32,845 nucleotides of DNA from NCBI GenBank assembly GCA_037383445.1, contig JARROY010000001.1, positions 1 through 32,845 of the forward strand, given 5' to 3'. The position numbers and the translations under genes were made by a program. Source of the stretch: Anaerolineales bacterium (GTDB lineage Bacteria > Chloroflexota > Anaerolineae > Anaerolineales > UBA11579). Positions 20,253-29,619 of the stretch are shown in pieces. Positions within the stretch are counted from its first letter, which is position 1, and each line of letters begins with the position of its first letter. The notes beneath the pieces are model-generated. The model was not told the DNA's origin. It was given only the letters and a program-made list of their open reading frames with translations, and searched no databases.

Positions 20253-21701
20253 ATGACTGGAATTGTTTTGCTGGGGCTAGGACCCGGGAGTCCAAACCAA
20301 CTTACGCTTGAAGCCTGGGAGATCTTGCAGCAAGCCGATGAAATCTATCTGCGTACCCGCCAGCACCCAACCGTATCAGGGCTTCCGAAGGGATTGAAAG
20401 TGCATAGTTTTGATGATTACTATGAGGAGGAGAAAGACTTTACCCGGGTATATGAGCGGATTGTGGAAAGAGTGCTTGAATTAGGGCGCAGACCAGAAGG
20501 TGTTGTGTACGCGGTTCCTGGGCACCCGTTTATGGCCGAAACAACTGCCCCTGAGATCTTCCGTCTTGCGCAAGCCGAAGGGATTCCCGTGAAAGTGGTG
20601 GAAGGATTGAGCTTCTTGGAGCCAATATTTACTGCACTGCGCATAGACATGCTGCCGCAAACTGTCATAATGGATGCATTAGAGCTTCTCTCGGCCTACC
20701 ATCCACCTTTTCCTCCCGATAACCCTGTATTGATCAGCCAGCTATATTCAAACGAGGTGGCAGGTGAAGTGAAAATCACCCTGATGGCGCAATATCCGGA
20801 TGAACATAGAGTATTTCTGGTCCATGCTGCAGGTACCGCTCATCAAATTGTGGAACAAATTCCGCTGTACGAGATTGACCAGAGTCAGCATACAGGGCTG
20901 CTCACATCGCTTTATTTACCCCCTCTAGGCGATTTTACCTCATTTGAGGGGTTCCAAGACCTTATCGCTCATTTGAGGGCTCCAGAAGGTTGTCCTTGGG
21001 ACAGGGAGCAAACCCACCTGTCTTTACGTACCAATCTTCTTGAAGAGGCTTATGAAACGATCACGGCCATCGACAATGAGGATCCAAAAGAAATGCAGGA
21101 GGAATTTGGAGACCTGCTCCTTCAGATTGTGCTGCAAACCCAGATTGCTTCCGAGGATGGTGAATTTACCATGGCAGACGTCATTCGAGGCATTCACACA
21201 AAGTTGGTTCGCAGGCATCCCCATGTTTTTTCTGATGTGGACCTGAGAGATGCCGAATCGGTGATAAAGAATTGGGAGAACATCAAAGCTGCTGAACGGA
21301 CCGAGAATGGAGAACAGCACAAAGGGCTGTTGGATGGCATCCCACCGGCGATGTCTTCTTTATCTGTAGCGGATAATTACCAGCGGCGGGCAGCAAGGGT
21401 AGGTTTTGATTGGCCTGATATTGAAGGTGTTTTCGAGAAACTGGAAGAGGAGATTTCGGAACTGCGCGGTGCAGAAAACGAGGAATCCCGCACTGAGGAA
21501 TTTGGGGACTTGTTGTTTGCCTTGGTGAACCTGGCCCGCTGGTGGGGGATTGATGCTGAATCAGCTTTGCGGGAGACAAATGCTAAATTCCGTCGAAGAT
21601 TCAACGTTATCGAGGAGCATGCAAAATCTCAGGGGAAGACTCTGTCGGCCCTAACTCTAGAGGAAATGGATGCAATTTGGGAACAAACGAAAAGGAAATA
21701 A
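20253..21701 (+). CDS. YabN-type fusion: tetrapyrrole (SAM-dependent) methylase-like N domain plus MazG nucleoside-triphosphate pyrophosphohydrolase domains
   Basis: 482 aa. N terminus LLGLGPGSPNQLTLEA (TP-methylase-like). C-terminal half has two MazG-type EExxE/FGDLL repeats (EEFGDLLLQIV and EEFGDLLFALV). Confidence 0.8.
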   Translation: MTGIVLLGLGPGSPNQLTLEAWEILQQADEIYLRTRQHPTVSGLPKGLKVHSFDDYYEEEKDFTRVYERIVERVLELGRRPEGVVYAVPGHPFMAETTAPEIFRLAQAEGIPVKVVEGLSFLEPIFTALRIDMLPQTVIMDALELLSAYHPPFPPDNPVLISQLYSNEVAGEVKITLMAQYPDEHRVFLVHAAGTAHQIVEQIPLYEIDQSQHTGLLTSLYLPPLGDFTSFEGFQDLIAHLRAPEGCPWDREQTHLSLRTNLLEEAYETITAIDNEDPKEMQEEFGDLLLQIVLQTQIASEDGEFTMADVIRGIHTKLVRRHPHVFSDVDLRDAESVIKNWENIKAAERTENGEQHKGLLDGIPPAMSSLSVADNYQRRAARVGFDWPDIEGVFEKLEEEISELRGAENEESRTEEFGDLLFALVNLARWWGIDAESALRETNAKFRRRFNVIEEHAKSQGKTLSALTLEEMDAIWEQTKRK

Positions 21702-21736
21702 CCCTTCGACTTAAATTTAATTCTTCAACTCACTTT

Positions 21737-24055
21737 TTATGCAGCAGGTTGGGAGGTTGGAAGTCTAAAAATAAAATTGCTTCCTTTTCCAATCTCGCTC
21801 TCCACCCAGATGTCTCCACGGTGAGCTTCGACCGCTAATTTACAGAAGTAGAGACCTAATCCAGTTCCCCGCCGGCGCGATTTTGTTTGCTGGCTGGTGA
21901 AGTATTTTTCGAATAATAGGCTTTGTTCTTGCTTACTGATTCCAGGTCCTTGGTCTTTGACCCCGACCAAAATACTTTGCTTATGTTCTGGGTCAGGTTT
22001 TGCCCATATCTCTATCTGACTTCCCTGCGGCGAATACTTAATCGCGTTGTCAATTATGTTGTGGAGTACGCGCTGGAGAAGTTCTTTATCTCCCTGGATG
22101 GCAACAAGATTTTCTTCGATCTTTTGAATAAGGGTCAGATTTTCCTGCTGGATTAATGGTTTAAAGCGGTCGCTCTCATCGTTGAAAATCGATCTCAGGT
22201 CGATTATCTCAGATTGAAGGTCCATTTCCCCAGATTCCAGTTTAGTAATGTTTAAAAGTTCATTGATCATATTCAACATCCGTGTACTGCCTTTTCTGGA
22301 GATTTCGACCATCTCCAGTAAGGCATCCGGGTCATTGTCTTCGATCAATACCTGAATCATATCCAGACCGCCCTGAATGTTGACGATCGGGGAACGCAGG
22401 TCGTGAACCAGCATTCGGGTGAGGTCTTCTTTGAGATTTTCCAGACGGATTTGTTCTGTAAGGTCTCGGAAAACACACAGCCAGCCGATAATTTTGCCGG
22501 ATTTATCTTGTACGGGGGATATGGTTCGTTCTGTAGGAATCTCTCTGCTTCCATGAATTGTGATCACTTTTTGATGGAAATTTAGGGAATGGTTTGAGAG
22601 TTTTTCCAGGATACTGTCTTCGATCAGGAGGGCTGAAAGGGGATTGTCCTTGTCGGTAGGGATGGTCTTGTCCAGGAGAGTCCCCGGGGTGGTTTCCAGC
22701 ATCTTGATCAAAGCCGTGTTTATTTCAATCACCTTCAGGTCGAGATTGAGCAGCATGATCCCTTCTGAGGTGGATCTGAGGATTGAATTCAACTCCTGGA
22801 CACGTTTGGCCAGTGCATCATCCGTTTGGGTGTAGAGCCATGCATTCTGGATAGCCACAGAGGCTTGGGCAGCAATTGTATTGAGGATTTCAAGGTTATG
22901 CTGGTCGTAGGTTTTGGGAATTTCATCTTGAACTGGGTAAGACTGCACGGCAATTATTCCTACCGCCTGGTCACCAGCCATAATTGGAACACCTAACCAG
23001 GATAAAGCTTCTCTTCCAAAATGTTCGATGCCGAGAGATTCACAAGTTTCTTTCACATTTTTTTCGATCAGCAAAGGTTTTTTTGCTTGGATAACGTATT
23101 CAGTAAGTCCTTGTTTAGAAGTTCGAGATTGACCTTCTCTTTTTTGGTTATTTTCAAAAATTACTGGGAAGCTAACTTCATCGGTTTCAGAGTTCCAAAG
23201 GGAAAGATAAAAGTTATTGGCTGGCATTAATTTGGCAACTTCGCGATAAATCGATTCCCCGATAAATTTGATATCCAAACTGGAACTGAGCGACTGCCCA
23301 ACAGCTTGCAGACTGCTGAGTTCATTTACTCTGCGTTCAAGGTCCTGGTGATCTTTAGCCTGATCTTTTAACAAATTAGAAACCAAAATGAGACTCAGTG
23401 CGATCATGATGAAAGGAATTGCCCCCAGTTCAATCAGGATCAGGGTCAGAAGGGGGGCAAATGCAATTGGAATGGCTTCATAAACTAAGATTCTTTTTAA
23501 ATGATTAATCAAAGAGCGGATATGTGCTTTGCTGCGCATTAAGAGGAACAAACCGGCAATTAAATAATTAAAGCTGAGGTAAGCCAAACCTGCAAAAACG
23601 ATGATTAAAAAATCGGTAAACGATTGTAGAGGAATTTGCCCATTAAAACCGAAAAATACTTCTCCAGCGGCAAATACACTGAAGACGTGCATGGTGATAT
23701 TGGCGGTGGTGGTTCCAGCCAGCGAAAACCCTGATTCTTCAGGTTCCCATTTGTCCTCCCTGGGGATTAAACCTCGGATCAAACCATATAACAGGTCTGA
23801 AAAAATTACTGCAACTGCGGTGGGGATAATCCCGATTACCATGGTTGAGCTTAATGCCACCATCGGCATTAAAGATACGTCGCCAACTCCAATAGGTATA
23901 TTAATATAGGTGGTTATCGTTATTAAAAAAGCAAACAGTATCCATTCAATCGTTGGAGCCGTAATTTGAGGGTTCCGGATATAGAGAAGAATTGTAAATC
24001 CAATCGATATCAGCCCTACAATGATTGATATAAGATTTCGCAGTCGACTGGTCAT
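21737..24055 (-). CDS. Membrane sensor histidine kinase (multi-TM N domain, GAF, PAS, HisKA, HATPase_c)
   Basis: 772 aa. About 7 hydrophobic segments in the first roughly 230 aa; H-box MLVHDLRSPI; N box NIIDNAIKY; G boxes DQGPGI and GTGLGLYFCK. Confidence 0.9.
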   Translation of the reverse strand: MTSRLRNLISIIVGLISIGFTILLYIRNPQITAPTIEWILFAFLITITTYINIPIGVGDVSLMPMVALSSTMVIGIIPTAVAVIFSDLLYGLIRGLIPREDKWEPEESGFSLAGTTTANITMHVFSVFAAGEVFFGFNGQIPLQSFTDFLIIVFAGLAYLSFNYLIAGLFLLMRSKAHIRSLINHLKRILVYEAIPIAFAPLLTLILIELGAIPFIMIALSLILVSNLLKDQAKDHQDLERRVNELSSLQAVGQSLSSSLDIKFIGESIYREVAKLMPANNFYLSLWNSETDEVSFPVIFENNQKREGQSRTSKQGLTEYVIQAKKPLLIEKNVKETCESLGIEHFGREALSWLGVPIMAGDQAVGIIAVQSYPVQDEIPKTYDQHNLEILNTIAAQASVAIQNAWLYTQTDDALAKRVQELNSILRSTSEGIMLLNLDLKVIEINTALIKMLETTPGTLLDKTIPTDKDNPLSALLIEDSILEKLSNHSLNFHQKVITIHGSREIPTERTISPVQDKSGKIIGWLCVFRDLTEQIRLENLKEDLTRMLVHDLRSPIVNIQGGLDMIQVLIEDNDPDALLEMVEISRKGSTRMLNMINELLNITKLESGEMDLQSEIIDLRSIFNDESDRFKPLIQQENLTLIQKIEENLVAIQGDKELLQRVLHNIIDNAIKYSPQGSQIEIWAKPDPEHKQSILVGVKDQGPGISKQEQSLLFEKYFTSQQTKSRRRGTGLGLYFCKLAVEAHRGDIWVESEIGKGSNFIFRLPTSQPAA

Positions 24056-24060
24056 TTTTG

Positions 24061-24900
24061 TTACGCTTGACTTGTTTGATCCTTATATCGCTCGCCAGCC
24101 TGGATGGTGGTATCGAGATAATTTTGTCGTGGTGGTAGAGGACAGGTGGCAAACGGTGTAAAAGCACAAGGCGGGTTGTAGGCTTTATTAAAATCAATGA
24201 TCACCGAACCCGATTGCGGGTCTTCGGTTTTTAAAAACCGCCCCGCCGGATAACTGCCTTTTCCACAGCTTTGGTCATGAAAAATGACATAAAATTTCCC
24301 ATTCGGCAGGGTCTCAGCATCCAAGGAGTATGTTTGGCCGTTTAGAATAAATTCCAAGGCGCAATCCATAACCGTTTCATTAATGCCTCCTATAACATCT
24401 GGAATCTCTACAATTTTAGGAGGGTCGTATCGCTTGATGGCTGCTTTGACACGATATAAATTGTCTATCGGCCACCAGACCCGGCCCTTGAAGTTGAGCC
24501 GGTTGGGGTGGCTGACTTGTTTGACCCGGACTCCAATTCGCTCACCGCGCTGGATCACAAAGAAGGTAAGGTCTCCTAAGGTGAGGATGCTTGGGTTGTG
24601 ATTAATATCTGATTGAAGGGGATGTTTTCCTTTAACCGATGTTCCATCAAGGTGGACTTCAACCTCTTCACACGCTTGAAAATAAACCTGTCCATTTTCC
24701 AGATAAAAATGTCCGACTTCCTGGGGTGCAGTATAAGGGGGCAGAATCACAGTACTGTTTACGGCGGAGCCCACAGAATTTGTTCCATTGTGCAGCCAGT
24801 GTAAACCAGCCAATGTCAGCCAGCCATCCGGGGCGCGCAGCTGCTGCTCTAAATTTGACCGGTATTCTTCGATTTCCTTGACGTAGCCATCAGTACTCAT
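24061..24900 (-). CDS. DUF1684 domain protein
   Basis: 279 aa; the C-terminal signature NKAYNPPCAFTPFATCPLPPRQNYLDTTIQAGE matches my memory of DUF1684. Confidence 0.7.
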   Translation of the reverse strand: MSTDGYVKEIEEYRSNLEQQLRAPDGWLTLAGLHWLHNGTNSVGSAVNSTVILPPYTAPQEVGHFYLENGQVYFQACEEVEVHLDGTSVKGKHPLQSDINHNPSILTLGDLTFFVIQRGERIGVRVKQVSHPNRLNFKGRVWWPIDNLYRVKAAIKRYDPPKIVEIPDVIGGINETVMDCALEFILNGQTYSLDAETLPNGKFYVIFHDQSCGKGSYPAGRFLKTEDPQSGSVIIDFNKAYNPPCAFTPFATCPLPPRQNYLDTTIQAGERYKDQTSQA

Positions 24901-24915
24901 TGAATTGTCTCTCGG

Positions 24916-26298
24916 TTATCTGTTGAGCGGTTCAAATTTGGCCGTGAAATGACGCAATAATTTGGGTTGGTAGACGATCTTGTATCCGCTGATCTCTCCC
25001 GCATTTCCAGCGATCGATTTCAGAATCTCAACAACATAATCGAGATGGCTTTGTGTGTAAACTCTTCTTGGAATGGCCATCCGAACCAGGTCCAGTTTGG
25101 GGAAGATCTCTTTACCACTGTCTGGATCTGTATAACCAAAAGCAACTGTACCAAGTTCCACGGCTCGAATTCCTCCCTCAAGGTAAAGCGCAAGGGAGAG
25201 TGCCTGTCCCGGTAGTTCGCGTTGAGGGATGTGCGGCAGTAATTTCATTGCATCGATATAAATGGCATGTGCTCCCGGGGGTTCGATGATCTGAATGCCA
25301 TTCTGGAGCAGTTTTTCTCCAAGGTAAGTAGTCTGTCCAAGACGATAGTTCAAATAGGGAATTTGAAGAGCTTCTTTGAATCCGACAGCCATCGCTTCCA
25401 AATCCCTGCCGGCCAACCCTCCATAGGTGGGAAAGCCTTCCCGCATAATCAGTTCATTGCGCACATTTTGGAAGAGCTGATCATCGTTCATGGCCAGGAA
25501 TCCGCCAATATTGACAATCCCGTCCTTTTTAGCGCTCATGGTGGCACCATCCGCCAAGGAGAAAATTTCCTGGGCAATCTCTAATGGGGACTTGTCTTTG
25601 TAGCCGGGTTCGCGCAGCTTAATGAAATAAGAATTCTCTGCAAACCGGCAGGCATCAATGAAAAATGGAATCCCATATGCCCGGTAAGTTTCAGATGTTT
25701 GTCTCAAATTTTCCATTGAGATCGGCTGCCCGCCTCCGGCATTGTTGGTGATAGTGATCATTCCTAGAGGGATATTTTCTGGTCCCTGTTTTTCGATGAA
25801 GGTGCGCAGCTTATTAATATCTATATTGCCCTTAAACGGCACTCTAGCTGCTGGGTCATAAGCCTCATCGATGACGAGGTTAACTGGCCGGCCTCCCCGA
25901 GCACGAATATTGCCTTCGGTGGTGTCAAAATGCATATTGGAAGGGACATACTGGCCGGGTTTGACCATTAAGCTGGCGAGGATATTTTCGGCAGCCCTAC
26001 CCTGGTGGGTAGGAACGAAATGCTTGAATCCAAATATTTCGTCGATGACCTGTTTGAGTCTATAAAATGAGCGTGCCCCAGCATACGATTCATCCCCCTG
26101 CATCATCGCCGACCACTGGTCTTGACTCATGGCAGCGGTACCTGAATCGGTCATAAAATCGATGTATACATCTTCGGAATGAAGGCCGAATACATTGTAT
26201 CCCGCGGCCTTTAATGCATTTTCTCTCTCCTCCCTGGAGATTAACCTGATCGGTTCTACCATCTTTATCTTGAATGGTTCAGGGATATATTTTGTCAT
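24916..26298 (-). CDS. tnaA: Tryptophanase (PLP-dependent beta-eliminating lyase)
   Basis: 460 aa, collinear with TnaA/TPL. PLP lysine context MSAKKD. It has the tryptophanase-type FDTT (Asp, where TPL has FTTT) and LRHFTAKF (His, where TPL has LRFFTARF). Confidence 0.8.
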   Translation of the reverse strand: MTKYIPEPFKIKMVEPIRLISREERENALKAAGYNVFGLHSEDVYIDFMTDSGTAAMSQDQWSAMMQGDESYAGARSFYRLKQVIDEIFGFKHFVPTHQGRAAENILASLMVKPGQYVPSNMHFDTTEGNIRARGGRPVNLVIDEAYDPAARVPFKGNIDINKLRTFIEKQGPENIPLGMITITNNAGGGQPISMENLRQTSETYRAYGIPFFIDACRFAENSYFIKLREPGYKDKSPLEIAQEIFSLADGATMSAKKDGIVNIGGFLAMNDDQLFQNVRNELIMREGFPTYGGLAGRDLEAMAVGFKEALQIPYLNYRLGQTTYLGEKLLQNGIQIIEPPGAHAIYIDAMKLLPHIPQRELPGQALSLALYLEGGIRAVELGTVAFGYTDPDSGKEIFPKLDLVRMAIPRRVYTQSHLDYVVEILKSIAGNAGEISGYKIVYQPKLLRHFTAKFEPLNR

Positions 26299-26394
26299 GA
26301 ATGCCTCCTCAACGTACTCAAGTTTAGCATGCTTTTTGCCTTGAACAAAGTATAATGACCTTACGAATTTATCAAGTGTTTAGAGGTGATAAGG

Positions 26395-27033
26395 ATGATT
26401 GAGATCCACCAACTTCCATTAGGCATGACGATGACCAACGCATATCTTGTTGGAGACTTGGAGACTAAGAAAGCGGTTGTAATTGACCCGGGGTTTGAGG
26501 GTGAGAAGATATTAAAGAAAGCTGAACAGTTAGATTGGGTCATTGAGGCGATTTGGCTTACTCATGCCCATTTTGACCATATCGGTGCCGTCGGTGCTGT
26601 GGCTGCCGGTCTCACACCTCCACCTGATGTGGCTATGCATCCAGATGATTTATGGCTGTGGGAAGTGCAGGGCGGGGCTCCGCTGTTTGGCGTGAGTGGG
26701 ATAGACTCTGGGCCAAAACCCAACATCTTACTTGAAGACGGCAAGCTCCTGCATTTGGGGAGTACGGAATTTAATGTGCTATCTGCACCCGGGCACACTC
26801 CCGGTCATGTCATGTTTTACTGTAAAGAGGCTGGGGTGCTGTTCTGTGGAGACGTCATCTTTCAGAGCAGTATCGGGCGGACAGACCTGCCGCGCGGCAG
26901 CTACAGCGAGTTGCTCCAGAGCATCCGGGATAAGGTAATGACTTTACCCGATGAGACGCGCTTATTGGCCGGGCATGGTCCGGAAACTACTGTCGGTAGA
27001 GAACGGGTCTACAACCCGTTCGTCAATATGTGA
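26395..27033 (+). CDS. MBL-fold metallo-hydrolase (GloB/YcbL-like)
   Basis: THAHFDHIG metal motif. ATG at 26395 is preferred over the track GTG at 26386 because of AGAGGTG at 26382-26388 and the usual N terminus (MIEIHQLPLG...). Confidence 0.85.
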   Translation: MIEIHQLPLGMTMTNAYLVGDLETKKAVVIDPGFEGEKILKKAEQLDWVIEAIWLTHAHFDHIGAVGAVAAGLTPPPDVAMHPDDLWLWEVQGGAPLFGVSGIDSGPKPNILLEDGKLLHLGSTEFNVLSAPGHTPGHVMFYCKEAGVLFCGDVIFQSSIGRTDLPRGSYSELLQSIRDKVMTLPDETRLLAGHGPETTVGRERVYNPFVNM

Positions 27034-27040
27034 GGGTATG

Positions 27041-27541
27041 ATGAAAGCTTATATTGAACAATTGATGGATTATAACTACTGGGCGAATGGTTTGATTTTG
27101 AAATATACTGAAAAATTGTCAGAAGACCAGTTCATCGAGGAACGTACAGCTTTTGGGGATAGTCTTAAGGGAATTCTCACCCATGTTTTGTTTGGTGAAC
27201 AGTTATGGCTAGACCGAATGCAGGGCAGGAAAATGACTCGAGAAGCCATGATTAAATTTTTCCGGCCAAATAAATACCCAACACTCAAACCAATGATTTC
27301 GGATTGGTTTGACCTCGAATTAAGCATGCGCAGCTATATGAGCGATTTAAACGATTCTCAGCTGCTAAGTACATTCAAATATTCACGAACAGATAGCGTG
27401 GAGTATGAAAGCCGGCGGGTGGATATTTTTACCCAAATGGTCTTGCATGGTATGCAGCACCGATCTGAATGTGCTGTTATCCTCACCAACTTAGGCCATT
27501 CACCTGGGAATATCGATTATATTGTGTATTTGCGAGGTTAA
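27041..27541 (+). CDS. DinB-family (four-helix bundle, His-triad) protein
   Basis: The track ORF 26951-27541 overlaps the MBL gene. The likely start is ATG at 27038 or 27041, after GAGGG. Sequence YNYWANGLIL...THVLFGE...HGMQHRSE is typical DinB fold. Confidence 0.7.
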   Translation: MKAYIEQLMDYNYWANGLILKYTEKLSEDQFIEERTAFGDSLKGILTHVLFGEQLWLDRMQGRKMTREAMIKFFRPNKYPTLKPMISDWFDLELSMRSYMSDLNDSQLLSTFKYSRTDSVEYESRRVDIFTQMVLHGMQHRSECAVILTNLGHSPGNIDYIVYLRG

Positions 27542-27544
27542 GTG

Positions 27545-28009
27545 ATGGATCAATTTTACAGTGATTGTTTAGATCGTTTTGCTGTCCTGCATAATGAGAT
27601 CAAAAAATCTATTCGCGGTCTTAGTATTGAGGCTCTGGATTGGGTTCCTGCTGCAGATGCTAATTCCATCAGCGTACTTGTCACACATTTGGCCGCTGCC
27701 GAGAGGTATTGGGCTGTAGATGCCGCTCTTGGAAAAACGTCTACCCGGGTGCGACCGGAGGAATTTTTGGTAAAGCAACTCAGTGAAAAAGACCTGATTT
27801 CGAAATTGGATTCCACATTCGAAGAGATCACTACAGCATATCAGGATTTAGAGATGGTTGATTTAAGCGTGATGCGCCAATCTGAGAATCGTGATACCGA
27901 GTTCACAAGCGGATGGGCAATATTGCACGCTTTGGAGCATACTGCTCTTCATCTGGGGCATCTTCAGCTAACCGCACAGTGGTGGAAAGAACGAGAAGGA
28001 TCAAAGTAA
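27545..28009 (+). CDS. DinB_2/YfiT-like superfamily protein
   Basis: About 154 aa; VTHLAAAERYW ... HALEHTALHLGH His-triad pattern. The start abuts the stop of the previous gene (GAGGT 6 nt upstream of the ATG). Confidence 0.7.
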   Translation: MDQFYSDCLDRFAVLHNEIKKSIRGLSIEALDWVPAADANSISVLVTHLAAAERYWAVDAALGKTSTRVRPEEFLVKQLSEKDLISKLDSTFEEITTAYQDLEMVDLSVMRQSENRDTEFTSGWAILHALEHTALHLGHLQLTAQWWKEREGSK

Positions 28010-28041
28010 AGACCTGGCGGCCGCCTTTCACCACCAGGTCT
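28010..28041. terminator. Hairpin between convergent genes (candidate bidirectional terminator)
   Basis: agacctgg(28010-28017) ... ccaggtct(28034-28041): perfect 8-bp arms with a GC-rich interior, between the DinB_2 stop (28009) and the rny stop (28071). No strong U tract on either side. Confidence 0.5.
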
Positions 28042-28070
28042 GATTAATCGAATTCGGTTTTGGGTGTGGA

Positions 28071-29594
28071 CTATTTGGCGTAATCCACCGCGCGAGTTTC
28101 TCGCAGTACGGTCACTTTAATCTGCCCGGGATACTGCATTGTTTCTTCAATCTGCTTGGCGATATCCCGTGCTAAGCGGCTCGCATCCAGATCATCAATA
28201 TCTTCAGGTTGGACAATGATACGCACCTCGCGGCCGGCTTGCAGGGCGTAGCTTTGTGTAACGCCTTTGTATGAGTTGGCAATTTCTTCCAAACCGCGCA
28301 CTCGTTTAAGATATTGGTCTAGACTCTCTCTTCGTGCTCCCGGCCGAGCGCCAGAAATTGCATCTGCAGACTCAACAATGACGGCTTCAACACTTTCTTG
28401 TTCCACCTCATGATGGTGGGAAGCCATCGCATTCAGCACTGCTTTTGGAACTTTATAACGGGCAGCGAAGTCTGCACCTATTTGGGCATGTGTGCCTTCC
28501 AGGTTATGGTCCATGGCTTTCCCAAGGTCGTGGAGCAATCCGCCCATTTTGGCAATTTCGACATCTGCACCCAGTTCGGCGGCGATGACTGAAGCCAATT
28601 TAGCAGTTTCAACCGCGTGGTCGAGTTGGTTTTGTCCATACGAGGTGCGGAATTTCAACCTTCCCAAAACTTTGGTAATCTCTTTATGCAGGTTGGGCAC
28701 GCCAGCCTCAAAAGCCGCTTCTTCTCCGGCTTCTTCAATAATCCGCTCAACTTCACTAGTTTCCTTTTGCATTGTCTTTTCGATACTGGCAGGATGGATC
28801 CGCCCATCATTGACCAGTTTTTGTAAAGTGCGGCGGGCAATTTCACGGCGGACCGGATCGAAGCAGGAAATGGTGACCGCTTCCGGTGTGTCATCAACAA
28901 TCACATCAACCCCCGTCGTTGCCTCAAAGGCGCGAATGTTGCGACCATTGCGACCAATGATGCGGCCCTTCATTTCATCTGATGGCAGGGTTACCACGGA
29001 GGTGGTGATATCCGAAACATGTTCAGATGCCACACGCTGGATGGCTAAAGAGATCAGGTTACGGGCACGTTTTTCACCTTCTTCTCTTGCCTCTGCTTCA
29101 ATCTGGCGCATGACGCGAGCCATATCACCGCGAGCCTCTTTCTCAACCTCTGCCAGCAGGACGTTGCGCGCTTCGTCAGTGGTCATATTGGAGATGGCTT
29201 GTAACTTTTCCATTCCTTGGTTATAGAGCTCATCAATTTCATTCGAACGCCGGTCCATTGAACTCTGACGTTTGTTCAGCCGTGCTTCTCTTTTCTCAAT
29301 CCGGTCTGTGCGTTCGTCGAGTTCAGACCTTCTCCGCTGAAGACGATCGTCTTCCTTGTTCAGTTCCTGACGCCTTCTGTCTAATTCTTCGTCGACATTT
29401 TCTCGAATTTCAATTGCTCGATTTTTTGCCTCTAGTTCAATTTCTCGGGCTTCTTCTTTTGCAGCATTTACGATCTGTCCGGCTTGATATTCTTCATTTT
29501 TGATGGCTTGCATAATCATCAAATGCCGGATGAAGAACCCGACCCCGCCCCCAATTAAGGCAGCAATCACAGCGATTATTATTGGGTTGTTCAT
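28071..29594 (-). CDS. rny: Ribonuclease Y
   Basis: 507 aa; N-terminal TM helix, long charged coiled coil, KH (GRIIGRNGRNIRAFE), HD domain (LLHDLGK). Confidence 0.95.
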   Translation of the reverse strand: MNNPIIIAVIAALIGGGVGFFIRHLMIMQAIKNEEYQAGQIVNAAKEEAREIELEAKNRAIEIRENVDEELDRRRQELNKEDDRLQRRRSELDERTDRIEKREARLNKRQSSMDRRSNEIDELYNQGMEKLQAISNMTTDEARNVLLAEVEKEARGDMARVMRQIEAEAREEGEKRARNLISLAIQRVASEHVSDITTSVVTLPSDEMKGRIIGRNGRNIRAFEATTGVDVIVDDTPEAVTISCFDPVRREIARRTLQKLVNDGRIHPASIEKTMQKETSEVERIIEEAGEEAAFEAGVPNLHKEITKVLGRLKFRTSYGQNQLDHAVETAKLASVIAAELGADVEIAKMGGLLHDLGKAMDHNLEGTHAQIGADFAARYKVPKAVLNAMASHHHEVEQESVEAVIVESADAISGARPGARRESLDQYLKRVRGLEEIANSYKGVTQSYALQAGREVRIIVQPEDIDDLDASRLARDIAKQIEETMQYPGQIKVTVLRETRAVDYAK

Positions 29595-29619
29595 GGTTCT
29601 ACCTCTTTATAATGTTAGT

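Noticed and set aside
26295-26330. 11-codon upstream ORF on the minus strand (MLNLSTLRRHS) whose TGA overlaps the tnaA ATG (ATGA), considered as a TnaC-like leader peptide
   Set aside because: It has no Trp codon (essential for the E. coli TnaC mechanism) and no Shine-Dalgarno sequence of its own. Its Arg-Arg codons are simply the tnaA GGAGG read in frame. An ORF this short is easily produced by chance.
26349-26375. Back-to-back promoter elements in the tnaA/MBL divergent region (plus-strand TATAAT 26351-26356; minus-strand TTGATA-N15-TATACT)
   Set aside because: The hexamers are plausible, but the minus-strand spacer is only 15 nt and I could not find a good -35 for the plus-strand TATAAT. 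This is too weak to annotate without transcript data.
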